Below, piece by piece: positions 19,090 through 29,215 of a stretch of 64,000 nt of DNA (position 1 is its first letter; each line of letters begins with the position of its first letter). Location: assembly GCA_947168485.1 (NCBI GenBank), contig CAMVLZ010000004.1, positions 3,732-67,731 on the forward strand, given 5' to 3'. A program made the translations under genes and the position numbers. Below the pieces are notes generated by a model. That model did no database searches. It was given only the letters and a program-made list of their open reading frames with translations, and was not told the origin of the DNA. This stretch comes from an uncultured Bacillota bacterium. Its GTDB lineage: Bacteria; Bacillota_I; Bacilli_A; RF39; UBA660.

Positions 19090-19608
19090 ATGGGAGTTAT
19101 TCAAAATGTAAGAAATGAATTAATGAAAAAAGAAATTAAAAATAATAGATTAACTTTTAAAGAGCCAGGATTTAATTACTTCGTAACTATAACTGAAAAT
19201 AATAAAGATATTAAATATTTTAATGAGAATCTTCAACAAGGTTGTGCAAGTCCTTTTGAAACAACTGAAGAAGGTACTAAATATCAAATATTATGGAGAA
19301 GTAACGATGAAGAAGGAGGTCTATTTTATAAACTAACTCCTCCAATAGATGTTGATTGGAACAGTAAAGATGATTGGTGGAAATTAAGCGGTTTGCCAGG
19401 AACAAAAACATTAGTAAATGATGAAGTTATTAAACATCTACTAGATAATCAAGATAAATGTAGTGAAATTATTGATATGGCAAAAAGATTAAAAGGTGAA
19501 GTTTTTGGTGAAAACTATAGAACATCTAGTAATTATAGAGATACAGAACCATGGGCTACTGTTGATGAAGCACTAAATATTGAAAATAACAAACACATAA
19601 AAAAATGA
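19090..19608 (+). CDS. hypothetical protein
   Basis: 172-aa ORF with a GAGGTGAG RBS. No motif recognised. Confidence 0.55.
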   Translation: MGVIQNVRNELMKKEIKNNRLTFKEPGFNYFVTITENNKDIKYFNENLQQGCASPFETTEEGTKYQILWRSNDEEGGLFYKLTPPIDVDWNSKDDWWKLSGLPGTKTLVNDEVIKHLLDNQDKCSEIIDMAKRLKGEVFGENYRTSSNYRDTEPWATVDEALNIENNKHIKK

Positions 19609-19626
19609 TCGTATGATCATTTTTTT
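19599..19626. terminator. bidirectional terminator between ORF 19090..19608 and smpB
   Basis: AAAAAAATGATC-GTAT-GATCATTTTTTT, overlapping both stop codons. Confidence 0.55.
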
Positions 19627-20062
19627 AATACCTAGAAATTTGTTTTCTAATATCTCTTTGAATATCTCTTTCTTTTATAGTTTCTTTCTTTTCAAATTCT
19701 TTTTTACCTCTACAAACACCTAATTCCACTTTTAATAGATTTTTCTTAAAATATAGTTTTAGAGGTATAAAAGTATAATTACCTTTTTCTTTATACTTAA
19801 TAAGCTTATTTATTTCTTTTCTATGTAATAAAAGTTTTCTATCTCTAGTCTCTTCATGATTAAATATATTTCCTTCTTTATATTCTGCTACAAACATATT
19901 TAATAATATTACTTCATTATTCTTTATAATAGCATAACTATCTTTTATATTAGCAGAACCATTTCTAATAGATTTAATTTCAGTACCAGTTAAAGCTATA
20001 CCAGCTTCTAATACTTCATCTATAAAATAATCATGTCTAGCTCTTCTATTAAGTATTTCCAT
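19625..20062 (-). CDS. smpB: SsrA-binding protein
   Basis: Typical SmpB sequence (NRRARHDYFI, GTEIKSIR, RKLLLHRKEI). Confidence 0.93.
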   Translation of the reverse strand: MEILNRRARHDYFIDEVLEAGIALTGTEIKSIRNGSANIKDSYAIIKNNEVILLNMFVAEYKEGNIFNHEETRDRKLLLHRKEINKLIKYKEKGNYTFIPLKLYFKKNLLKVELGVCRGKKEFEKKETIKERDIQRDIRKQISRY

Positions 20063-20066
20063 ATTA

Positions 20067-21263
20067 TCACTCCCCTGATAACCCCCAAGTTAAATCTGCA
20101 TATCTTGAAGAAACAACTTCTTTGTATTTATTATAATATGACTTATAACCAGGTAATAGTTTATCATTTAATTGAGAATATGTATATAGTTTAAATGCTT
20201 TATTATAACCACCCGTATGACGATTAGCATATGTATATACAAGTTGAGCCTTAGGTTCAACTACACTAATAGTAACATTATCTTCTAAATCAACATGTTT
20301 TTTAACTGTAGTTTCCATTATTAATCCAGTTAAATTTTCTATTCCATTTTGATCACTGATAACATTACCTAATGAATAAATAACTAAAGTTTTTCCATTA
20401 TTTATATATTCAACTGGTTCTACTACATGTGGATGAGCTCCAATTATAATATCAACACCTAAATCAGATAAGAATTTTCCTTCTTTCTCTTGAGCATCAC
20501 TTACTCCTAAAGAATACTCAGTTCCCCAATGCATCGCAACAATCACAACATCTACTTTATCTCTTACTTTTTCTATATCAGCTTTAGCTTTCTCTTCAGA
20601 ATATTCATTACTTAAGTAATCTTTACCTTGTGGTGTAGGTAAACCATTATTCCACATAGTATAAGAGAAAAATGCATAGGTAATATTATTCTTTTCATAT
20701 GTTTTTACTTCATCACGTTCTTGTTGTGAAGCCCATTGTCCACTAGTTACTATCTCAGGATGTTTTTTCCAATAAGCAACAGAACTTAATACTCCTTCTT
20801 CTCCCTTATCCATAGTATGATTAGTCGCTAAAGAAACCATATCAAATCCACAATCAATAAAAGCATCTCCTACTTCTTGAGGTGAATTAAATCTAGGATA
20901 AGAATCTAATCCCATCTTAGTACCACCTAATATAGTTTCTTGATTATAATAAGCTAAATCATATTTACTAATAATAGGTTTCATATTACTAAGCATAGGT
21001 TTAAAATCATAAGAACCATCACTTTGTTTCGCATCAGCATATAATCCATAATGAATTAAAGCATCTCCTACCATTACCAAATTAAATTGATAATCTTTCT
21101 CAGTCTTAACAGGTTTCTTTTCTTCTACCTTTTTTTCTTCTTTTTTAGGTTTATTAAAGACCTTTTTATAACCAAATAAACCTCCACCTACTAATATTAT
21201 TAAAATTAATAGTATTATTATAGGTTTTTTCTTTAGTTTTCTTTTTTTCACTTTTCTACTCAT
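20067..21263 (-). CDS. CapA/PGA_cap-family metallophosphatase-like protein, membrane anchored
   Basis: N-terminal TM, then MVGDALIH, SLATNHTMD, AMHWGTEY and IIGAHPHVVEP. Overlaps the rnr stop by 8 nt. Confidence 0.75.
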   Translation of the reverse strand: MSRKVKKRKLKKKPIIILLILIILVGGGLFGYKKVFNKPKKEEKKVEEKKPVKTEKDYQFNLVMVGDALIHYGLYADAKQSDGSYDFKPMLSNMKPIISKYDLAYYNQETILGGTKMGLDSYPRFNSPQEVGDAFIDCGFDMVSLATNHTMDKGEEGVLSSVAYWKKHPEIVTSGQWASQQERDEVKTYEKNNITYAFFSYTMWNNGLPTPQGKDYLSNEYSEEKAKADIEKVRDKVDVVIVAMHWGTEYSLGVSDAQEKEGKFLSDLGVDIIIGAHPHVVEPVEYINNGKTLVIYSLGNVISDQNGIENLTGLIMETTVKKHVDLEDNVTISVVEPKAQLVYTYANRHTGGYNKAFKLYTYSQLNDKLLPGYKSYYNKYKEVVSSRYADLTWGLSGE

Positions 21264-23367
21264 CTTTATATTCCTTTACTATTTCAAAATCTATAGTTTT
21301 ATCTTCTTTAGAAGCTCTAACTACCTTTACTCTTACTTTTTCACCAATAGTATACCTCTTATGTGATTTTTCTCCTACTAAACACATATGTTCTTCATCA
21401 AAATGGAAGAAATCTTTCATATCTTTAACAGGAATTAATCCTTCTATTAAATTATCTAATTCTACAAACATACCAAAATTAGTAACAGAAGAAATCATAC
21501 CATCAAACTCTTCTCCAATATGAGATTCCATATACTCTGCCATCTTCATATCATCAACTTCTCTTTCACAGTTAACAGCTGCTCTTTCTCTCTCACTGGC
21601 TTGATCTGCTATAGAATATAATTTAGATTCCCATTTCTTAATAGTGCCATTATCTAACTGATGATCAAATAAATATGTATGTAATAATCTATGAACTGTA
21701 GTATCAGGATATCTTCTAATAGGAGAAGTAAAATGTGTATAACATTGACTTCCTAATGCATAATGTCCTAAATTTTCTGATCTATATACAGCTTTTTGCA
21801 TACATCTTAATAACAATGTAGATAAAATCTTATATTCTTTCTTATCTTCTAATTGTTTTAAAATATCTTGTATAACTGTAGGTCTAGTATCAGTAATATC
21901 AGCTTTAACATTGTAACCTAATGAAGAAACAAATGTTAAGAAGTCCTTAATCTTTTCAGGTTTAGGAACCTCATGTACACGATAAATAAATGGTAAACTC
22001 ATAAAGTAAATATGATTAGCTACACATTCATTAGCCGCAATCATAAAGTCTTCAATTAACTTTTCTCCTTCACCTCTATCACGAAGTTTAACTTCAATTG
22101 GCTTACATTCTTCATCAACTAATATCTTAGCTTCATTAACTCCAAAGTCTACATATCCTCTTTTTTCTTTCATTTTACGAAGTATATGAGCTAACTCATT
22201 CATTAATCTTAATGTATCAGCATACTCTTTATAATCATCCGCAACAGTATCTCTTTCTAAAATATCATTTACTTTATTATAAGTCATTTGTTTTCTAGAT
22301 TTAATTATACTTGGAAAGATTTCATAATCTAATTGTTTACCAGTACCATCAAATTCCATTACACAACTTATAGCACATCTTTCTACTTCAGGATTTAAAG
22401 AACAAATTCCATTAGATAACTCATGAGGTAACATTGGAATAACTCTATCTACTAAATAAACACTAGTACCTCTAGCATAAGCTTCTTTATCTAAAGGAGA
22501 ATCTTCTTTAACATAATAAGAAACATCTGCTATATGTACACCTAATTTATAATGACCATTATTAAGTTTCTCAATACTTATCGCATCATCTATATCTCTA
22601 GTATCATCCCCATCAATAGTAAATATCATTTCATTAGTTAAATCTCTTCTTCCCTCTTTATCTATAGGAAGAACCTCCATAGGCATCTCACTAACCTCAT
22701 CTTGTACATCTTGAGGAAACTCTACATTAAATTTATATTTATAGATAATAGATAATATATCTACTCCAGGATCATGTTTATGACCAATAATTTTAACTAC
22801 TTTTCCTTTATATTTATTATTGTTAATCTTCTTAACAATCTCAACAACAACTTTATGTCCATCTACAGCATTTAAACTATTTTCTCTATCAATTTCAATA
22901 TCTAAATTAATCTTCTTATCATCCAAAGTTAAATAACCAATATTATCTTTAAAATTAATTTCTCCTATATATTGATCAACTTGTCTCTTAATAATCTTTA
23001 GAATTCTTCCTTCTAATCTATCTATATTCATTTTACTAGTAATTTCAACTAATACAATGTCATCATGAATCGCACCATTCATGTCTAATGCATCTACATA
23101 GATATCTTCTTCAAGATTATCAACTTCTACAAAACCAAAACCCTTCTTATTAACTCTTAATACACCTTTTCTTAAATGAGAGTTCTCAATCAACATATAT
23201 TTATCTTTTTTAGTATGATAAATAATAGTCTCATCTTCTAATTCATGTAATGAGTTTAACAATTCTTCAGTTTTAGATGTATCAGCTATTCCTAAATCTT
23301 TTTCAATCTCAAATACATCTAATGCTTTATCACTATTCTTTAAAATATTTAATATATCATCTTTCAT
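21256..23367 (-). CDS. rnr: ribonuclease R
   Basis: Cold-shock-like N-terminus. RNB motifs FTIDGDDTRDIDDAIS, HIADVSYYV, LPHELSNGICSLNP, HFTSPIRRYPD. S1 domain GEEFDGMISSVTNFGMFVEL. Conserved secG-rnr-smpB context. Confidence 0.9.
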   Translation of the reverse strand: MKDDILNILKNSDKALDVFEIEKDLGIADTSKTEELLNSLHELEDETIIYHTKKDKYMLIENSHLRKGVLRVNKKGFGFVEVDNLEEDIYVDALDMNGAIHDDIVLVEITSKMNIDRLEGRILKIIKRQVDQYIGEINFKDNIGYLTLDDKKINLDIEIDRENSLNAVDGHKVVVEIVKKINNNKYKGKVVKIIGHKHDPGVDILSIIYKYKFNVEFPQDVQDEVSEMPMEVLPIDKEGRRDLTNEMIFTIDGDDTRDIDDAISIEKLNNGHYKLGVHIADVSYYVKEDSPLDKEAYARGTSVYLVDRVIPMLPHELSNGICSLNPEVERCAISCVMEFDGTGKQLDYEIFPSIIKSRKQMTYNKVNDILERDTVADDYKEYADTLRLMNELAHILRKMKEKRGYVDFGVNEAKILVDEECKPIEVKLRDRGEGEKLIEDFMIAANECVANHIYFMSLPFIYRVHEVPKPEKIKDFLTFVSSLGYNVKADITDTRPTVIQDILKQLEDKKEYKILSTLLLRCMQKAVYRSENLGHYALGSQCYTHFTSPIRRYPDTTVHRLLHTYLFDHQLDNGTIKKWESKLYSIADQASERERAAVNCEREVDDMKMAEYMESHIGEEFDGMISSVTNFGMFVELDNLIEGLIPVKDMKDFFHFDEEHMCLVGEKSHKRYTIGEKVRVKVVRASKEDKTIDFEIVKEYKDE

Positions 23368-23414
23368 AGTATCACCATAGATATTATATCAAAATAAAAA
23401 GGACTTTAAAAGTC

Positions 23415-23630
23415 CTATACAAACATTGCTATTAAAGAAATTAAGAAAAAGGCAATTCCTAAAATGAAAGTAAAACGAGTCATAAATAATTCTGATCCTC
23501 TTTCTTTTCTATTTACAAACAATGAAGATGTATCTCCAGAAATAATTCCTGAAGTTCTTTCAGCATTACCACTTTGTAATAACACTAACACGATTAAAAT
23601 AATTGAAATAACTAATAATACTACTTTCAT
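23415..23630 (-). CDS. secG: preprotein translocase subunit SecG
   Basis: Two TMs with the LLQSG motif. Start at ATG 23630 (MKVVLLV), 6 nt after GGAGGG. Confidence 0.85.
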   Translation of the reverse strand: MKVVLLVISIILIVLVLLQSGNAERTSGIISGDTSSLFVNRKERGSELFMTRFTFILGIAFFLISLIAMFV

Positions 23631-23687
23631 AAACAACCCTCCGAATAACGATATTTATTATATCACTAAATATCATATTATTCAATT

Positions 23688-25037
23688 CTATTTTTTTATT
23701 TTTTTAACTAAATCTTTAAATTCTGCCCCTCTAATCTCACATTCTTTATATTGATCCCATGAAGCAGACGCAGGACTTAATAAAATAACTGAATCATTTG
23801 AACTCATTTTATATAATTCATTAAATCCATCACTTAAATGTTCATAAACAATAGTAGGTATATTTAACTTATCTCCAAATTCTTTAACTCTATCTCTACA
23901 TTGTCCAATTCCCAAAATACCTTTAACATTATTCATAAATGGAATTAAATCATCAAAGTTTTGACCTCTTTCTAAACCACCTAATATTAAATAAGTATCT
24001 TTATTAAAAGATGATAATGCTATTTGAGAACACTTAATATTAGTAGCTTCTGTATCATTATAGAATTCTCTTCCATCAACAGTATCAACATATTCTAATC
24101 TATGTTCTACTCCTTTAAAATTACTTATTACTTTTACAATCACATCATTTGAAACATCAAACTCTTTCGCAACCATAATCGCAGCCATACTATTCTCAAC
24201 ATTATGCATTCCTTTAATTTTAATATCATCTATATTAATAATCTTATCTTCTCCGTAACAAATAAAATTATCTTCTAAATAACAACCATCTATCTTATTT
24301 TTACTAGAAAAATACTTTTTAATAGATTTAATATTCTTTGTCTCATTTAAAACATCTTTATTTTCATTATTAAGTATCGCAATATCTCCTTCATCTTGAT
24401 TATAAAACATTCTAGCTTTAACTTCCTTATAATGTTCATAAGTCTTCATAAAATCAATATGAGCTTCAGAAAAATTAGTAATTACACCAACATGAGGTTT
24501 AAACTTAATAAAGTTCTCTCCTTGTTGACAACTAACTTCCATAACTATAATATCATTACTCTTTAATTTATTTAAAATACCACTAATAGGATAACCAATA
24601 TTACCACATAAGTGAACTCTATCACCATAAGCTTCTTTTAATATTTCATAAGTCAATGTTGTAGTTGTAGTCTTACCATTTGTACCAGTAATACCAATCA
24701 ATGTAACATCATTAGGTAATAATCTATAACTCATTTCAGCTTCATTTATAACTTCAATACCTAATTCTCTTGCTTTTAAAACATATTTATGATCTATTGG
24801 TACACCGGGATTTTTAATTAAATAATCAAAACTAGAATCAAGTAAATCATCAGGATGAGATCCAAATATAAATTGAACACCCTTCTCTTTTAATTCATTT
24901 ACTTTATTTTGATCATGTCTTTCTTCACTACCCCCATCATTTACAATAACTTCATTATTACGATCTATTAAAAATTTAGCTGAATCATAACCACTTCTCG
25001 CAAAACCTAATATTAAAATTTTTTTATTTTCAAACAT
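23688..25037 (-). CDS. murD: UDP-N-acetylmuramoylalanine--D-glutamate ligase
   Basis: KKILILGFARSG Rossmann N-terminus, GITGTNGKTTTTTL and a Mur ligase C-terminal domain. Start at ATG 25037. Confidence 0.88.
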   Translation of the reverse strand: MFENKKILILGFARSGYDSAKFLIDRNNEVIVNDGGSEERHDQNKVNELKEKGVQFIFGSHPDDLLDSSFDYLIKNPGVPIDHKYVLKARELGIEVINEAEMSYRLLPNDVTLIGITGTNGKTTTTTLTYEILKEAYGDRVHLCGNIGYPISGILNKLKSNDIIVMEVSCQQGENFIKFKPHVGVITNFSEAHIDFMKTYEHYKEVKARMFYNQDEGDIAILNNENKDVLNETKNIKSIKKYFSSKNKIDGCYLEDNFICYGEDKIINIDDIKIKGMHNVENSMAAIMVAKEFDVSNDVIVKVISNFKGVEHRLEYVDTVDGREFYNDTEATNIKCSQIALSSFNKDTYLILGGLERGQNFDDLIPFMNNVKGILGIGQCRDRVKEFGDKLNIPTIVYEHLSDGFNELYKMSSNDSVILLSPASASWDQYKECEIRGAEFKDLVKKIKK

Positions 25038-25130
25038 ACAATCACCAATATTATTATACAATAAATAATACTTTTTGTATATTGAAACAAAACAATAATA
25101 TATGATATAATTACAAAGTAAGGAGACAAT

Positions 25131-26375
25131 ATGAAAGTAGTAAATCTAAGTCCTGCACAATTCGATGATTTTTCAAATAAAAATCCAAATAAAACATATT
25201 ATCAATCATCTACTTATGGAGATTTTATTAAACATTTTAGTTTTAAAGTAGAATACTTAGGTATAGTAGATGATAATAACGATTTACTTGGAGCTTCCTT
25301 AATAATGTATAAAGAAGCATTTATGGGTAATAAAATAGGATATGCCCCAAGAGGATTTTTATTTGATTATGAAGATAAAAAGAGAACAACCCAATTAGTT
25401 GAAACTCTAAAAAGAGATTTAGCTAAAAAGAAATATATGTATCTAATTATGGATCCTAGTGTTGCTTTATCTGTAAGAGATAAAAATGGAGAAATAGTTA
25501 GTTTAAATCATAATGCTGAAAGCACACTAAATAATATTAAAGCATCTGGTTTTACATATAAAGGAGAAACTAAATATTTAGAAAATCAAAGTCAAAAATC
25601 TAGATGGGAAGCTTTAGTAACATTAAATGAAGATATAAGAGATAAATTTAATAAATTTGATAAAAGAACTAGAAGTAAAATAAGAAAAGCATCTTCTGCA
25701 GGATTAGAAATAGTAAAAGATGATAAAAAAGATATAAAATACTTATATGAATTTGTTAAGAAAAAAGAAAGAAAACCTTTATCTTACTTCCAACAATTCA
25801 TAAAAGAATTTGGAGATAATGTAGAAGTATATTATGCTAATGTCAATACAGAAACATATATTATTAATAGTAGACGAGCATATGAAAAAGAAGTAGAAAC
25901 AAACGACAACTTAGCTGAAATAATACAAGATCCATCAATAGATCAAAAAGCAAGAGATGAATATATAAGTAAAAAGATGAAATCAGATGCTCAAAAAGAA
26001 GTCTATAAAAACAACATGATCCAATCAACAAAACTATTAAAAGAGTATCCAAAAGGAATCCCTGTAGCTGGCGCAATAGTATTAAAATATGATAATGCTG
26101 CATTCATTATAACTGATGGTATTAATGAAAAATATAGAAATTTATATGCAGGATACTTCTTAAAATGGAAACTAATAGAAGAATATATGAATGAAGGTAT
26201 AAAATATATTAATTTAGGTCCTATATCAGGAGATTTTACACCAAATAATAAATATCAAGCATTAAATGAATCAAAATTAGGATTTAATACATTAGTAACT
26301 GAAAATATAGGAGAATTTGAATTAATAATTAAAAAATTATCATATAATTTATATCTAAATCTAAATAAAAAATAA
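25131..26375 (+). CDS. FemAB-family peptidoglycan interpeptide-bridge aminoacyltransferase
   Basis: 414 aa with an AGGAG RBS. FemX/MurM-like N-terminus (QSSTYGDFIK ... GYAPRGFL) and central coiled-coil insert. Confidence 0.75.
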   Translation: MKVVNLSPAQFDDFSNKNPNKTYYQSSTYGDFIKHFSFKVEYLGIVDDNNDLLGASLIMYKEAFMGNKIGYAPRGFLFDYEDKKRTTQLVETLKRDLAKKKYMYLIMDPSVALSVRDKNGEIVSLNHNAESTLNNIKASGFTYKGETKYLENQSQKSRWEALVTLNEDIRDKFNKFDKRTRSKIRKASSAGLEIVKDDKKDIKYLYEFVKKKERKPLSYFQQFIKEFGDNVEVYYANVNTETYIINSRRAYEKEVETNDNLAEIIQDPSIDQKARDEYISKKMKSDAQKEVYKNNMIQSTKLLKEYPKGIPVAGAIVLKYDNAAFIITDGINEKYRNLYAGYFLKWKLIEEYMNEGIKYINLGPISGDFTPNNKYQALNESKLGFNTLVTENIGEFELIIKKLSYNLYLNLNKK

Positions 26376-26398
26376 CACGTACTTTACGTGTTTTTTTA
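26374..26398 (+). terminator. intrinsic terminator after femAB-like gene
   Basis: AACACGTA-CTT-TACGTGTT followed by TTTTTAT. Confidence 0.55.
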
Positions 26399-26479
26399 TT
26401 TTTAGTATGTAAACTTAACAATGTAATATTGTAAACAGGTGTATAGTTTACTATAATTATTATAATAGAGAGTGAGATT

Positions 26480-28405
26480 ATGGCTAAGAATTTATTAAAA
26501 TATTTAACTATTATAATAATTTTAGAATTAATATTACACTTTGCTTGTTTTAAAGGCATTTCCTTAACACAATTAATAATGCTATTATTATTCTCAATAA
26601 TCTTTTCAATAATAAATACATTTATCATAAGTATTATAAAAAAAGATAAATATAAAAGATTATTCTTTATAATAACTACTTTATTATTAGTAATATTATT
26701 TTCAGCAGAATTAGTATATTTTAAAATATATGAATCATTTTTTACATTCAATGGAATAGTCTTCATAGGAGCTCTAAAAGATGGTCTAGATAAAATATTA
26801 CTAACTATATTTCAAAATGGTATCTACATAATCGCATTCTTTATACCATTAATAGTAATATTATTAAAATCATCAAAAGAATTTGGTTCAATTAATAAAC
26901 AAGAATCAATGGTATTAGGACTAATATTATTATTATCAATATCATATAGTTACTTTATCATAGATAATGATAAAGAAAATGATGATTCTCTTTATAACTT
27001 AATGTATCAAGTAAACTTACCAAAACTAAATGTAGAAAACTTTGGTTTACTAGAAACATCAATCATTAATTTAAAAAGAACAATATTTGACTTTGAAGAA
27101 ATACAGTCAGCTAAAGAAGATATCTTAACAAACAAAAGAACTGTATTAAATCAAGATGCAAAAGATAATTATAATGAATTAGATATAGATTTTGATGAAT
27201 TAGCTCAAAATGAAAAAAATCCTAAAATAAAAGAATTACATAAATACTTTGCTAATCAACAATCAACAGAAAAAAATGAATTTACTAATGTGTTTGAAGG
27301 TAAAAATTTAATATTTATTATGGCAGAATCATTTGATGAAATAGCTATAGATAAAAAATTAACACCAACTCTTTATAAAATGAAAAATGAAGGAATTAAG
27401 TTCAACAATTATTTTTCTCCTAAATATCCTGCTTCTACAGCAGATGGAGAATATATGCTTGAATGGGGATTATTACCAGTTATAGGTAATGAATATAGTT
27501 TAATAGACCTAGTATATAATAAAAGAGCTTATCTTTTACCATTAAAGTTTAAAGAGATGGGATATAAAACATATGGATATCATAATTATTTTGGATATTA
27601 TAACTTAAGAAAAAAATATTTTTCTACATTAAACTTTGATAAAACAAGATATTGTGAAGATGGAATAAATATGAAATGTTCACATTTTCATGGTAGTGAT
27701 GTAGATATGATGGAACAAACAATAGATGATTATATCAATCAAGATAAGTTTTATGCATACTATATAACTCTAAGTGGACACGGATCATATGATTCAAGTA
27801 ACTTTGTAGCTGAAAAACATATAAATAAATTAAAAGGATATAATTATCCATATAATTTAAAATATTATTTAGCTGCGAATATAGACTTTGATATCGCAAT
27901 GAATAAACTAATAACAAAATTAGAAAAAGCAAATAAATTAGATGATACAGTAATAGTAGTTTCATCAGATCACTCACCATATTATTTATCAAATGAACAA
28001 GTAAATCAAAGATCAAAAGTAAATAGATTAAACAGAATAGATAGAGATAGAGGTTCATTGTTAATATATAATAGTGGTTTCAAGAAAAATATTAATATTG
28101 ATAAATATGCTATGAATATAGATGTTTTACCTACAGTATTAAATATGTATGGAATAGAATATGATTCTAGATTACTAATAGGTAAAGACATAATGGCAAA
28201 TAATAATGAAGGAATAGTAATATTCCCAGATAGAAGTTTCGCAACAAACTATGGAAGTTATGATTCTAAAACAAAGAAGTTTAAAAAATATAAAAAATTA
28301 AATGATAATAAATATATCCAACAAAAGATAGATGAAGTTAATAACAAATATAAAACAAGTGTTAATATGCAATATAATGACTATTACAAATATGTATTAA
28401 GGTAG
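26480..28405 (+). CDS. LtaS-family (sulfatase-fold) lipoteichoic acid synthase-like protein
   Basis: Five N-terminal TMs followed by an extracellular sulfatase-like domain (IFIMAESFDE, STADGEY, VSSDHSPY). Confidence 0.8.
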   Translation: MAKNLLKYLTIIIILELILHFACFKGISLTQLIMLLLFSIIFSIINTFIISIIKKDKYKRLFFIITTLLLVILFSAELVYFKIYESFFTFNGIVFIGALKDGLDKILLTIFQNGIYIIAFFIPLIVILLKSSKEFGSINKQESMVLGLILLLSISYSYFIIDNDKENDDSLYNLMYQVNLPKLNVENFGLLETSIINLKRTIFDFEEIQSAKEDILTNKRTVLNQDAKDNYNELDIDFDELAQNEKNPKIKELHKYFANQQSTEKNEFTNVFEGKNLIFIMAESFDEIAIDKKLTPTLYKMKNEGIKFNNYFSPKYPASTADGEYMLEWGLLPVIGNEYSLIDLVYNKRAYLLPLKFKEMGYKTYGYHNYFGYYNLRKKYFSTLNFDKTRYCEDGINMKCSHFHGSDVDMMEQTIDDYINQDKFYAYYITLSGHGSYDSSNFVAEKHINKLKGYNYPYNLKYYLAANIDFDIAMNKLITKLEKANKLDDTVIVVSSDHSPYYLSNEQVNQRSKVNRLNRIDRDRGSLLIYNSGFKKNINIDKYAMNIDVLPTVLNMYGIEYDSRLLIGKDIMANNNEGIVIFPDRSFATNYGSYDSKTKKFKKYKKLNDNKYIQQKIDEVNNKYKTSVNMQYNDYYKYVLR

Positions 28406-28413
28406 GTGAAATA

Positions 28414-29199
28414 ATGACAAAAGATAAAATGTTACCATTATCATTACTCTTCTTATCAACATTCATGTTATTCTTAGGTTTCTCATATAAGAATATAGAA
28501 AAAAGAGTTGCATCATACTCATATAGTGATAAAGAAGAATTTAATGATATGAATAAAGCAATTAATTATATAGAAACATTACCAATACATATAAATATAA
28601 TAAATCAATACTTCTCATCAATTAATAATCTAGATAAGGAACAACAACAAGAAATAATAATATCATATGCATTAAAAAATAATTATAAAATATATGATTG
28701 TTCAGACACATATAGTAGAAGTATATGTATAAATAAAGATGATTTAAATAGTCAAGAATTACAAAAATTATTTAATACTAACATAACATTTGATAATAAT
28801 ACAATAGATATTAATATAGATAGATATGGAAAAGTAAGAGCAAGAACAAATAATTATCTATCATATTATAAAATAAATATTAATAATTATAATAAAAAAT
28901 ATAATAAATATACTGAGTTTTACAAATATAAAAAAGAAAATGATAAATATATTTTCTATGTATATGAAGGATATTATGAATCAAATTGTATACCTAATTC
29001 AAAAATAGAATTAAATGATTTCCTAGATGAAGATATTAAAAAAGAAGGTATATGTAGTCCAAATAAAACATTTATAAGTGATTACTCAGTAGATGGAATA
29101 CAACTATATAAGTATGAATTAAAAAAAGATCAAGAAGATAATTTTTACTTAGTAGGATTTAATCCAGTAAATAAAGAAGGCATAAAAAAAGAGTTGTAA
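28414..29199 (+). CDS. hypothetical membrane-anchored extracellular protein
   Basis: N-terminal TM (LPLSLLFLSTFMLFLGF). Co-directional with the ltaS-like gene and 8 nt after it. Confidence 0.55.
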   Translation: MTKDKMLPLSLLFLSTFMLFLGFSYKNIEKRVASYSYSDKEEFNDMNKAINYIETLPIHINIINQYFSSINNLDKEQQQEIIISYALKNNYKIYDCSDTYSRSICINKDDLNSQELQKLFNTNITFDNNTIDINIDRYGKVRARTNNYLSYYKININNYNKKYNKYTEFYKYKKENDKYIFYVYEGYYESNCIPNSKIELNDFLDEDIKKEGICSPNKTFISDYSVDGIQLYKYELKKDQEDNFYLVGFNPVNKEGIKKEL

Positions 29200-29215
29200 T
29201 TAACAACTCTTTTTA
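29184..29215. terminator. bidirectional terminator between ORF 28414..29199 and tuf
   Basis: AAAAAAAGAGTTG-TAATTAA-CAACTCTTTTT, overlapping the plus-strand stop and ending 1 nt before the tuf stop (29216). Confidence 0.6.

Noticed and set aside
16530-19626. A classical ssrA-integrated genomic island or prophage remnant.
   Set aside because: There is no integrase or recombinase gene, and no duplicated copy of the ssrA 3' end (TTCGATTCTCCTCATCTCCACCA) at the far boundary. The region is kept only as an accessory patch (see findings).
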